Part shown: positions 28,782 to 36,940 of the stretch, piece after piece
Layout: every line of letters begins with the position of its first letter
Position numbering within the stretch: position 1 is the first letter of the stretch
From: Rhodospirillales bacterium
GTDB taxonomy: Bacteria; Pseudomonadota; Gammaproteobacteria; Steroidobacterales; JAHEKG01
Direction of reading: 5' to 3'
NCBI GenBank assembly: GCA_024638475.1
Contig: JAHEKG010000002.1
Location: 1 to 60,261 of the forward strand
Length of the DNA stretch: 60,261 nt
Notes under the pieces: model-generated
Databases searched by the model: none
What the model saw: only the letters and a program-made list of their open reading frames with translations
Told to the model about the DNA's origin: nothing
Made by a program: the position numbers and the translations under genes

Positions 28782-29126
28782 ATGCAGGTGAAAAACGAAA
28801 GCGTAAGCAATCGATCTTGGCGTACGGGATTGGCATTGGCGGCGCTGGTTGTTGCAGTGTTGGGCGGCTGTGGTCACGCGCCGGTTGAATCCGAATCGGT
28901 AGCTTTGGCCGCAGAAGCCCGCCATTCGACTTTGCTCCTCGTTGGCTTGGAGGACGGCTCCATTGTTCGCCAAACTTTGGCACTCGATGCGGACATTTGT
29001 ATGAAGGAGTTGAACAATTCGACAACGAGATGCCTGACACGGGGCGACGCGATTCTGAATAGCGAGGGCCTTATCGTCGGCTACGAAATGGTTTCTGAGA
29101 CCATTGAGCTGCAGGGCAGAAATTAG
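28782..29126 (+). CDS. hypothetical lipoprotein
   Basis: The lipobox LGGC follows the hydrophobic stretch LALAALVVAV. I prefer the ATG at 28782 (MQVKNES...) over the ORF-track start at 28734. No family recognised. Confidence 0.5.
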   Translation: MQVKNESVSNRSWRTGLALAALVVAVLGGCGHAPVESESVALAAEARHSTLLLVGLEDGSIVRQTLALDADICMKELNNSTTRCLTRGDAILNSEGLIVGYEMVSETIELQGRN

Positions 29127-29182
29127 ACGCCAACCCTAGCAACTTAGCCTTGACTAAGCGCGCTGTTGCGCTCGCGCTAAGC

Positions 29183-30736
29183 CTAGTGCGTAAGGGATTT
29201 GATCTCCGCAAGCAGCGCTTGCATCGCCGCCGGCTTACGGAAACAACTGGTAAAACGGGCTTTGTCCTCAGCCGATAATTTTGATGCCGTGAGTGCCACG
29301 ATTGGCTTCGCGTAACCGCGTTTACGCAGATCCTCGGCCGCTTCCACACCGCTCATTCCTGGCAGGTTGCAGTCCATTAATACGATGTCCGGTTCATAGG
29401 CCAAGACTTTTTCCATCGCCTCGCGGCCGTTCTTCGCCACGATAAGTCCATAACCCGCCCGGTGGAGGTAGTACTCGGCCAATGCCAGCATATCTTCATC
29501 GTCGTCGCACACCAGCACACTGACGGGTTTGGTGGCATAGGTTTCCTCCGGGGGCGGCGAAAGCGCGTCGGGCGGTGGGAGGGTATTACCCTCACCCAAT
29601 GCAATGGGAAGATTAACCGCAACCGTGCAGCCTTGGCCCAAGGTCGAGTCCAGTGAAATTTCGCCGCCCATCAGCTTCGCCAAGCGCAACGAAATCGTCA
29701 GCCCCAGGCCGGCACCGGTCTTGCCCGCGTGGGTGCCGCCGCGCTCGAATGCCCGAAACACCTTTTCTTGATCTTCGATGCTGATACCCGGCCCGCTGTC
29801 CGCCACCGAGGAGACCAGGCGGCCGTCCGCATAGGTCGTCACGAGCTGAATGCCACCCTCATTGGTGAACTTAATCGCGTTGCCCAGGAGGTTGATCAGG
29901 ATTTGCCGCAGGCGTACCTCGTCCGCATGAATGACTTGGGGCACCGCGGGGTCGATCGAGCACACGAACGAAAGCTCTTTGTCCGCGGCCATCGGCGCCA
30001 TCATCGCCGCTAAGTCCCCCAACAGCTCGTGGAGGTCGAAATCCGTCTCCTGGAGCTCGAGCTGGCCGGCGTCCAGCCTGGCATCGTCCAATACCGCCTC
30101 TACCAAGGCATTCAAATGGTGCGCGGATCGGGCAATCGCCTCCACGCTCTTGTGAACTGTGTTGGCCGGCGCGTTCGGTTCACCGGCTAGTTCGACATAG
30201 TTGATGATCGAGGCAAGCGGGGTCCGAAACTCGTGCGACATCATCGCAATAAACTGTCCCTTGGTGCTGCTACTGCGCTCGGCGTCCTTACGGTGATGGT
30301 CGAGCTCGGCTTTGGCTTCGACAAGCTCGCTAATCAGATCTCGCTGCCGGGCGATCAAGCGCTGTTGGCTGGCATGCAAGAGCTTCAACTCGTTAGCCGC
30401 TTGTTGCTTCGCCTGAATCGAGTCGTGGTCCTGCTTCGCGTCCAACAGCACGACGAAATGCCCGTCGTCGGTAGGCAGCGTGTGGACGTGTGCGACGACA
30501 CCGCCGCCAATGGACACGAACTCGAATATTCTGGGCTGACTATCCAGGGACTCGAACAGGTAGGGGGCATATGGCAGGAGATCGGTACCTGGACAGACCG
30601 ATTCCAGTCCGCACCACTGAGTCTCGCCCCAGGCTTCGATCAGATGAAAATCCGCATCGATCTTGACGCACGCTGGCCGCGTATCAACGGAAAAATTTTC
30701 CTGCAGGTAGTCGACGACTTGTTGCGGAAACCTCAT
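29183..30736 (-). CDS. soluble hybrid sensor histidine kinase/response regulator with an uncharacterised N-terminal domain
   Basis: 517 aa with no TM helix. A coiled coil precedes the H-box SHEFRTPL. The N-box is LLGNAIKFT, G1 is DSGPGI and G2 is GAGLGL. The C-terminal receiver reads VLVCDDDEDM...IVLMDCNLPGMSG. Confidence 0.9.
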   Translation of the reverse strand: MRFPQQVVDYLQENFSVDTRPACVKIDADFHLIEAWGETQWCGLESVCPGTDLLPYAPYLFESLDSQPRIFEFVSIGGGVVAHVHTLPTDDGHFVVLLDAKQDHDSIQAKQQAANELKLLHASQQRLIARQRDLISELVEAKAELDHHRKDAERSSSTKGQFIAMMSHEFRTPLASIINYVELAGEPNAPANTVHKSVEAIARSAHHLNALVEAVLDDARLDAGQLELQETDFDLHELLGDLAAMMAPMAADKELSFVCSIDPAVPQVIHADEVRLRQILINLLGNAIKFTNEGGIQLVTTYADGRLVSSVADSGPGISIEDQEKVFRAFERGGTHAGKTGAGLGLTISLRLAKLMGGEISLDSTLGQGCTVAVNLPIALGEGNTLPPPDALSPPPEETYATKPVSVLVCDDDEDMLALAEYYLHRAGYGLIVAKNGREAMEKVLAYEPDIVLMDCNLPGMSGVEAAEDLRKRGYAKPIVALTASKLSAEDKARFTSCFRKPAAMQALLAEIKSLTH

Positions 30737-30738
30737 CT

Positions 30739-31260
30739 TTACCGTTGCAGATCCTTGGCGACAATCGCTTCCGCCAATGCGATCAGGGCTGCTTCGACAT
30801 CGTCACCGGTTTTGGCACTGGTTCGGTACACCTTGCCGAACTCATCCCCCAGCGACTGGATGGTTTCGTCTGCGATCTGCCACAGCGTGGGCAAATCGCT
30901 CTTGTTCAGCAGAAGAACGTCCGGCCGTGCACCATAGCGCTCTTCGATTTGTTGCCGCAGTTTGCGGGCCGACGTTAGAGTCTGCGAGCGAGTACCGTCG
31001 GCGACGTAGACAAAACCCGCCGCCCCGCGAAGGTAGGCGAATTCCCGGGCCCCAAATTGCTCGGCCCCCGCCACGTCCCAAATGATCAGCTTGACCGAAA
31101 CATTCTCGCGGCCGAGTTGTATTTGCTTCGTGTCAATCTTGACCCCGACAGTCGTCAGGTACTTGTCGGAAAAATGGTTGTTGACGAACCGCTCGACGAC
31201 ACTAGTCTTGCCGACTGCGAAGTCTCCAACCACGCATACCTTAGTGGTCAGAGATGACAC
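30739..31260 (-). CDS. Ras/Rab-like small GTPase
   Basis: 173 aa with a GTG start. G1 is GDFAVGKT, G2 is the Thr in YLTTVG, G3 is WDVAGAEQF, G4 is NKSD and G5 is TSAKTG. Confidence 0.85.
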   Translation of the reverse strand: MSSLTTKVCVVGDFAVGKTSVVERFVNNHFSDKYLTTVGVKIDTKQIQLGRENVSVKLIIWDVAGAEQFGAREFAYLRGAAGFVYVADGTRSQTLTSARKLRQQIEERYGARPDVLLLNKSDLPTLWQIADETIQSLGDEFGKVYRTSAKTGDDVEAALIALAEAIVAKDLQR

Positions 31261-32957
31261 TAACGCCCGGCCCGGGCAACGAGAGCTAATTCAACAGTGG
31301 CTTTCCGTTGGCTGGTGTCGTAGGCGGAGGGGCCGGCCGCACCGTCCGCCGGCAGAATCGCGTCCGGCGTTACGCCAAACTCTGCCAGGACCGCGGCAAC
31401 GGCTTCCGCGCGACGAATCGCTAAGCGTTCGTTGGCCGCGGGATCGCCGGAGTTGTCGGTCGAGCCAATGACGGTAACGCGGACCCTACGGTCAGTGGTC
31501 GCGGCACGCGCCTCCAAATCGGCCAGCCGGCGGGAGATTGTTCGCAGGGCCGAATCGGCCGCGGGCGCCAGTGTGGTCCCGCTGACAAACTGAAAACTCG
31601 CCCCGGATAAGGCCTCGACTTCTGCCGTGAGCTGACGCAAATCGCTGTCGATGACGCCGTCGAAGTCGGCAATCTCTATGCCCGCCACATTCAGTACCCG
31701 CGCACGGGTGGCTTCGATCCACTGCTTGGGTGCCTCCCCGGTAACGGTGACAATGGCCCCGGCAATCGTGTAGTTCACGCTGTTCAAGTCACCGATTGCT
31801 TGACCGACGCGCCGAGCGACCAGCTCCGGTTCGAGCGATTGAAACGGCTGCAGCTCGGCGAACACCGATTCGACAGGGATCCCAATCTGCCTGGCCACTG
31901 CCGAGACGTCCATCGCCAGCGGATCGCGTAGCCCGCGCAGGACAATCTTGCCGCCGTCCCGGGCGGCTTCCGCGACGTAGATGCCAGGTGTATCGCGTAG
32001 CGCTGCCGTGAAGTTTTTCAGCTCATTGGCGTCGCTCCATCGCGAAAACCAAAAATAGCCAGCCGCAGCAAGCAGTAATAATCCAATGATGATCAGCGGC
32101 CAGGGGGTACGGCTAGCGTCACCTTCGGCACTTTGGATCGCCTGAAAGGCGAGGCATTTTTCGAGCTCGACCTCCACGCCTGGGACCGACGCCGTGTCAC
32201 CAGCATATTCTCTAACGGCATCGCCGTAGCGAAAATGAATTCGCTCTAGGATGGCGCTGAGCTCGTCGCGCAGCGACTTGGGCGGGACGCCGCGGATGAC
32301 ACACACCAGCAGGGCATGAGGGCCATGCACCGCCCAAAGAGTAAATTCGCCCATATCGGCCGATTCGAGGCGGCCCGTGCGATCCGGGGAAAAACTCTCT
32401 TTTACGAAATCCTGGATTGCGGTGAACATCGCTGACACGGCATCACTGTCCTTGATTTTGGACGCGGCGTGATGAACGTGTTCGATCAAGAGGCCGTTCT
32501 CGCGACTGATGAGGTACGCCTGTTCGATACGGTATAACAGCGTCCTCTGCAGGACGAAATCGCCGAACGGGATGCCCGCCCGGGCGGCCTGCAGCCGCCA
32601 CTTCAGCCCTTTGGGCGTCAGGCTATGCTCGACAGCCGCATTGATTTGCTGCGAAAACTCCCTGAGGGTATGTGTGATGGACTTGCGAATCGCGGGGCCC
32701 ATCACCGGATACAACGCATCGCTGTAGGTCTGCGGGTCGTTGTGGAAAGCTTGTTGCAAGCACTCACCCACCGGCGGCGTCAACGAGTCGACGAGTTCCG
32801 AGCCCCGCTGGTGACTTCTGTGGATCGCCTCCGGTAAGACATCGGCCACGTCGCTGGTGCGCGTTTCCGGCCGTTCCACTCGCTCGGCGATTGAATCCAG
32901 CGCTTGCTTTTCCGCGCCGAACAGCAAATCCTTCAGTTTATCGAGATCGTTCATCAA
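31260..32957 (-). CDS. bitopic membrane protein: cytoplasmic N-domain, one TM helix, BON-like repeats, C-terminal OmpA-like peptidoglycan-binding domain
   Basis: 565 aa. The TM helix is PWPLIIIGLLLLAAAGYFWF, at about residues 290-310. The C-terminus VTVIGSTDNSGDPAANERLAIRRAEAVAAVL is an OmpA_C-type motif. The stop overlaps the GTPase GTG start (TAGTG). Confidence 0.75.
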   Translation of the reverse strand: MMNDLDKLKDLLFGAEKQALDSIAERVERPETRTSDVADVLPEAIHRSHQRGSELVDSLTPPVGECLQQAFHNDPQTYSDALYPVMGPAIRKSITHTLREFSQQINAAVEHSLTPKGLKWRLQAARAGIPFGDFVLQRTLLYRIEQAYLISRENGLLIEHVHHAASKIKDSDAVSAMFTAIQDFVKESFSPDRTGRLESADMGEFTLWAVHGPHALLVCVIRGVPPKSLRDELSAILERIHFRYGDAVREYAGDTASVPGVEVELEKCLAFQAIQSAEGDASRTPWPLIIIGLLLLAAAGYFWFSRWSDANELKNFTAALRDTPGIYVAEAARDGGKIVLRGLRDPLAMDVSAVARQIGIPVESVFAELQPFQSLEPELVARRVGQAIGDLNSVNYTIAGAIVTVTGEAPKQWIEATRARVLNVAGIEIADFDGVIDSDLRQLTAEVEALSGASFQFVSGTTLAPAADSALRTISRRLADLEARAATTDRRVRVTVIGSTDNSGDPAANERLAIRRAEAVAAVLAEFGVTPDAILPADGAAGPSAYDTSQRKATVELALVARAGR

Positions 32958-32974
32958 GTAGCGTTTCGCTTGCG

Positions 32975-33535
32975 CTACCCCTTAGGCAACTTGAAATCCT
33001 TCTTGAGCCTCAGGGCGACCTCGGAAAGCAGCGCAGCCAAATCCTCGCGACCCAACTTCGCCTCGGCCAACTGTGTTTGGCCTTGGAGGCTCGCGTCAAA
33101 CTGATCGGAGGTTTCTTGGATGGTGGCCAACAGCTCTTCGCCTTGGTCTTTCACGGAAGCTCGAAGTTGCCGATTCTCCGATTCGATCTGCTCTTCGACT
33201 TCCTCGAACCAGCCTTCCACTTGACGAGCCAGGCTATCGATATCCTTCGACGTCTGTTTGTTCTCGTCCGTTCGCGCCTTACGTTCCATTTTGAACTGGT
33301 CCGTTAGCTTGTCCAATTCGCGTTTCGTGTAGGCGTCCAACCGTTCCAGCCGCTTGTCGACATGCTTCGATAGCTGCTCAATGGACTTGGTCAGGCTTTG
33401 CTCCATCTCTGCAAAGCGCTTCTCGTAGTCACGCATCTGGCCGCCGAACAATATCTGCCGGATTTGATCGACATTGCCCTCCAAGTCCTCGGTAGCGCTG
33501 GATTGATCTTGTTTCTTATTGTCTCTGCGTGCCAT
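32975..33535 (-). CDS. hypothetical coiled-coil protein
   Basis: 186 aa, highly charged with heptad-like repeats throughout and no TM helix. Its N-terminal motif IRQILFGGQMRDYEKRF resembles the N-terminus of the downstream OmpA-domain protein. Confidence 0.6.
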   Translation of the reverse strand: MARRDNKKQDQSSATEDLEGNVDQIRQILFGGQMRDYEKRFAEMEQSLTKSIEQLSKHVDKRLERLDAYTKRELDKLTDQFKMERKARTDENKQTSKDIDSLARQVEGWFEEVEEQIESENRQLRASVKDQGEELLATIQETSDQFDASLQGQTQLAEAKLGREDLAALLSEVALRLKKDFKLPKG

Positions 33536-33544
33536 GCCCTGCCC

Positions 33545-34273
33545 CTAGCTCTTTTCTTCGATCGGCGTTTCTCGCTCCACTCGGTACCCGTGCTGATAAA
33601 CGGAAATTAGCTTCCAGCCCGTGCCCTCGTTTAAGCGTAACTTTTTTCGCAGGCGGCTGACGTGTGTGTCAACCGTCCGGGTTGAAACGTTATTGTAGTC
33701 GATCCCCCATATCGCCTCTAGGATATGGTTGCGGGATAATAGTTTACCGGCATTCCGAAATAACAGTACTGCCAACCCGAACTCCCTATTCGTGAGAGTT
33801 ATCTCCTCTCCATTCAAGATCACGACTTGGTTGTTGATATCGAGAAGATAAGGCTCGGCCTCAAAGGTATTGTCCGGTGATATTCCAATGCCCGTGCGGC
33901 GAAGAATTGCGGCGACCCTGGCCAGCAACTCCCCGCGCCGCATCGGTTTTACTAAATAATCGTCGGCCCCCGCTTCCAAGGCTCTAACGATACTTTGCTC
34001 CTTGTCCTTGACCGTGGCGACTACTACCGGCGTATTATCGTTCAATTCACCGCGCAGCTTGCGGAGCACCTCGATGCCACTGAGCTCGGGCACTATCCAA
34101 TCGAGAATGTAAATGTCAAAGCTGTCGCGCCGAACCGCCCGCAGGAATCCGGCTGATTCCAGAAAACTGTTGACCGTATAGCCTGCGTCCTTCAGCCACA
34201 GGCTGACGATTTCAGCCTGGTCCGGATCATCTTCGAGAATTGCGATGCGTAGGTGATTTTCGGCGGCATGCAA
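33545..34273 (-). CDS. OmpR/PhoB-family response regulator
   Basis: The receiver reads IAILEDDPDQ...IYILDWIVPELSG. The winged helix reads LTNREFGLAVLL...VDTHVSRLRKKL...GYRV. I place the start at the TTG at 34273, with GAGGG 7 nt upstream. The longer ORF-track version (to 34492) overlaps the Hpt gene. Confidence 0.85.
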   Translation of the reverse strand: MHAAENHLRIAILEDDPDQAEIVSLWLKDAGYTVNSFLESAGFLRAVRRDSFDIYILDWIVPELSGIEVLRKLRGELNDNTPVVVATVKDKEQSIVRALEAGADDYLVKPMRRGELLARVAAILRRTGIGISPDNTFEAEPYLLDINNQVVILNGEEITLTNREFGLAVLLFRNAGKLLSRNHILEAIWGIDYNNVSTRTVDTHVSRLRKKLRLNEGTGWKLISVYQHGYRVERETPIEEKS

Positions 34274-34394
34274 TCTGCGGCCCTCGGATACGAATGGGTG
34301 GTTGCCAGGTATTGTACCGTAAGGCTTCAGAAAATCGGCTATTTCACCGGCGTACGGGCCTGCGGGACGTTCTTGCAGCGTGTGGCGGCACCTA

Positions 34395-34697
34395 TTACGC
34401 GAGTTTGACGTGCTGAAGGTAGCGCTCGAGTTCGGCGAGTAAGGCCGCAACTTCAGCCGCGTGGCGCGATCCGGCGGCGCTCTCCAGCTCACCGCCTAGT
34501 CGCGAGATTTCGTCGAGTCCATAGGCGGCACCGGAGCCAAAGAGTTTATGCGCGGTCAATACGATGGACTCGAAGTCAGCGTCTGCCAACGAAGAGTTGA
34601 GCTGCGCCAGCTCCTCCTCGCGGCGCTTTAGGTATTGCGCCATCAGATATCTGGCGAACGGATCAGCGACCGTTATCGGCGTGCCTTGATCATCCAT
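34395..34697 (-). CDS. histidine phosphotransfer (Hpt) domain protein
   Basis: 100 aa, predicted helical. The AHKLFGSGAAYGL motif fits the Hpt HxxKG-type phospho-His context. Confidence 0.75.
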   Translation of the reverse strand: MDDQGTPITVADPFARYLMAQYLKRREEELAQLNSSLADADFESIVLTAHKLFGSGAAYGLDEISRLGGELESAAGSRHAAEVAALLAELERYLQHVKLA

Positions 34698-34762
34698 AAT
34701 CGATCGATTCCGAATTGTCTGCCACCGACGTTAATGCCCCCGCAGCTTATTAGTGTAATCAA

Positions 34763-35170
34763 TTAGTGAGAAACTTTCGCCGGTAGCTCCTTCGCCTGAG
34801 ACACCCAACCTTGAACGACGATGGCGCTTGGCGGGCGCCGGACTAGGTTCTTGGCAGCATTTACATCGGCCATCTTGTTTGCCAGATTCTCTGCGTTTCT
34901 GAGTTTCAATTCTTTGACCGTATCCACACCGGCGTGTTCCAGCAGCTCCGCGTATTGACTTGCAACGCCGTTGATTCGGAATAGGTCCGCCATGTTGACG
35001 CATTTCAAGATGCGAGTCTCGGTAATGCCTGTCACCGTTGCCAGCTCGCGGCGCCCTGCGTTGTCGGCACCCTTGTCCAGCAGGTCCTCAACGGTTCGCA
35101 CTCCCGCGGCCCGCAGCGCTGCCGCGGCCTTTGGCCCAATGCCTTCAATTCTCTCGATGCTGTTCGACAT
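34763..35170 (-). CDS. DUF4332-like helix-hairpin-helix protein
   Basis: 135 aa. IERIEGIGPKAAAALRAAGVRTVEDLL and a second GV.TV.EL repeat resemble DUF4332. Confidence 0.6.
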   Translation of the reverse strand: MSNSIERIEGIGPKAAAALRAAGVRTVEDLLDKGADNAGRRELATVTGITETRILKCVNMADLFRINGVASQYAELLEHAGVDTVKELKLRNAENLANKMADVNAAKNLVRRPPSAIVVQGWVSQAKELPAKVSH

Positions 35171-35212
35171 CGGGTGACTCCGTTGTGTGGGTTTGACTAT
35201 GCCTTGAAGGCC

Positions 35213-35413
35213 TTAGCGTAAGACGAACGTAAGCTTCATGTTGACGCGATATTCCTGGACGCGCCCGTCCTTTACGCTGACTTTCATATCTTGCACCCAA
35301 GCGCCCTCGATATGGTCGAGCGTTTCGTTTGCTCGTTTCAGGCCTAGGTTGATTGCGTCCTCGAAGCTTTTCTTCGAAGCCGCGGTGATTTCTGTCACTC
35401 GTGCTACTGACAT
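35213..35413 (-). CDS. dodecin-family flavin-binding protein
   Basis: 66 aa. VARVTEITAASKKSFEDAINLGLKRANETLDHIEGAWVQDMKV matches the dodecin size and pattern. Confidence 0.75.
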   Translation of the reverse strand: MSVARVTEITAASKKSFEDAINLGLKRANETLDHIEGAWVQDMKVSVKDGRVQEYRVNMKLTFVLR

Positions 35414-35444
35414 TTTTGTTCCCCTAAAAGAGTGTTGTTCTTAG

Positions 35445-35487
35445 AAACGCGGTGGTCGCGCCGTAGGTAGCGCGACCACCGGTTTTT
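35445..35487 (-). terminator. GC-rich hairpin terminator after the repeat lipoprotein gene (bidirectional appearance)
   Basis: A 12-bp stem, CGGTGGTCGCGC (35450-35461) / GCGCGACCACCG (35470-35481), with an 8-nt loop. It is flanked by AAAC on one side and GTTTTT on the other. Confidence 0.6.
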
Positions 35488-35510
35488 CCTAACTTTACTG
35501 ATTGAACAAC

Positions 35511-36674
35511 TTACAGCGTGATGTTGAGGCTCTTCACGACTTCGATCGGTACATAGTTGCTACCAGCGGGAAGATTGTTCTGCAGGGCGTACCTGCGCGC
35601 CGCGTCCAGGGTTTGTCCGCCAATGATCCCGTCCACTTGGGCTTTGTAGAAGCCTTCGTCGGCCAGCGCCGTTTGCAGAGCGCGGACGTTGTCGCGGGTC
35701 ATGTTGACCTCACAAACGACTTGACGCCATTCCATTTTCTCGTCGGTGGCTTTGTTCGTCCGAGTAACCGTTTCGTACTGAGCCGGTATGGCAATCCGCT
35801 GTTCCTTCGCCGGGGACACGAGCTTCGTGACCTTGACATTACCGTATTGAGCGGGAATCGGAACTTCTCGAGTCGTCGCCGGCTTCACGACAACGGTCTT
35901 GGTCACCGTCTTGTACTCGGCCGGAACCGTGATCTCATCGACACGCGCGGGGGAAACTAAGACACGCTTCGATACGGTCTTATAGGTCGCGGGAACTTCG
36001 ACTAGGCACATGATCTCACCGGTGTCGGTGGTCGACTGCGAGATGACGTTTGAAGTCTGTGCAGCGGCTGGACCTTTTTTCCATGCCGTGTGTGCCGCTT
36101 TATCCAGTACCCGCTCGGTGACGGTCTCGTAGACAGCCGGGACCTCAACGATTTTCTTCGAGGCAGGCTTGACGAGGACTGTCTCTTGAACTTCGTCGTA
36201 GACGGCCGGAATAATCTCGAGGCGCGTTGACGCTTCTTTGACGAGCAGATTTTCTTCGGCCTGTTCGAAACGGGCTGGAATGATTTCAAAACGTTCGCCG
36301 GCTTCGCGAACCAATACTTGCTCGCTGACCGTGTCGTAGCGCGCGGGAATCAGCACACGTGCATAGCACTCGCCCGGCTTCGGATTGGGCGGGAATAGGC
36401 TTGCATCCGCTGACATGTTACGCGTGGTCGATTGGGAACTTGCTGCGTCCTCGCGGGCCATCTCCAACCGGCGCTCTGTGGTGGCAAGCTGAGATTCCAA
36501 AGCCGCGATTCGCTGTTGAGAGGCTTTCAAATCCGCTGCAGAAACCGAGCTGGTCGCGGTTGCCGAGCTGCTGCGCTCGTAACTGCTGTTGGTCTCGGCC
36601 GCCATCGTTGAGCAGCCGGCGGCAACGGCCGCGCTGGCAACAACTGTTAATGTCTTCATAAAGTGACGGTTCAT
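35511..36674 (-). CDS. lipoprotein with eight tandem PAxYxTV modules and a C-terminal peptidoglycan-binding (PG_binding_1-like) domain
   Basis: The signal peptide ends in the lipobox AAGCS. There are eight roughly 22-aa repeats (IPARYDTV, IPARFEQA, IPAVYDEV, VPAVYETV, VPATYKTV, VPAEYKTV, IPAQYGNV, IPAQYETV). The C-terminus reads LQTALADEGFYKAQVDGIIGGQTLDAARRY. Confidence 0.75.
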   Translation of the reverse strand: MNRHFMKTLTVVASAAVAAGCSTMAAETNSSYERSSSATATSSVSAADLKASQQRIAALESQLATTERRLEMAREDAASSQSTTRNMSADASLFPPNPKPGECYARVLIPARYDTVSEQVLVREAGERFEIIPARFEQAEENLLVKEASTRLEIIPAVYDEVQETVLVKPASKKIVEVPAVYETVTERVLDKAAHTAWKKGPAAAQTSNVISQSTTDTGEIMCLVEVPATYKTVSKRVLVSPARVDEITVPAEYKTVTKTVVVKPATTREVPIPAQYGNVKVTKLVSPAKEQRIAIPAQYETVTRTNKATDEKMEWRQVVCEVNMTRDNVRALQTALADEGFYKAQVDGIIGGQTLDAARRYALQNNLPAGSNYVPIEVVKSLNITL

Positions 36675-36940
36675 ACCCCGATACTCCTAAGTTATTGTAA
36701 AAACGGGTGTTCAAAGATATTGCTGTGCAATTTCGAAGCAGGAGTATAGGGAGCAAAAAACGACTCCGATCATACTGTGACAATGTGTGACATTTATCGT
36801 CAGGAGGGCAATCCGAAGCAGCGGATGCCCCTTGTACACGGGGTAACAGGCCCGCCAGCGGTAACAATATTTGACAAACCTGAACGCGCCCATTCGGTAA
36901 AGTCGCCGCTCGTTGTTTCACACAAACAGAAGGGCCTAAA

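Noticed and set aside
34274-34492. An N-terminal extension of the response-regulator ORF (315-aa version) overlapping the Hpt gene.
   Set aside because: The extension is Arg/Ser/Pro-rich, has no receiver-domain similarity and overlaps the Hpt stop by about 100 nt. A TTG at 34273 with GAGGG upstream gives a normal 243-aa OmpR-type protein.
36913-36927. TGTTTCACACAAACA, which resembles a parS arm, upstream of the yidB-like gene.
   Set aside because: It lacks the CACGTG core of parS. It is more simply a short inverted repeat (TGTTT...AAACA) in a promoter region.
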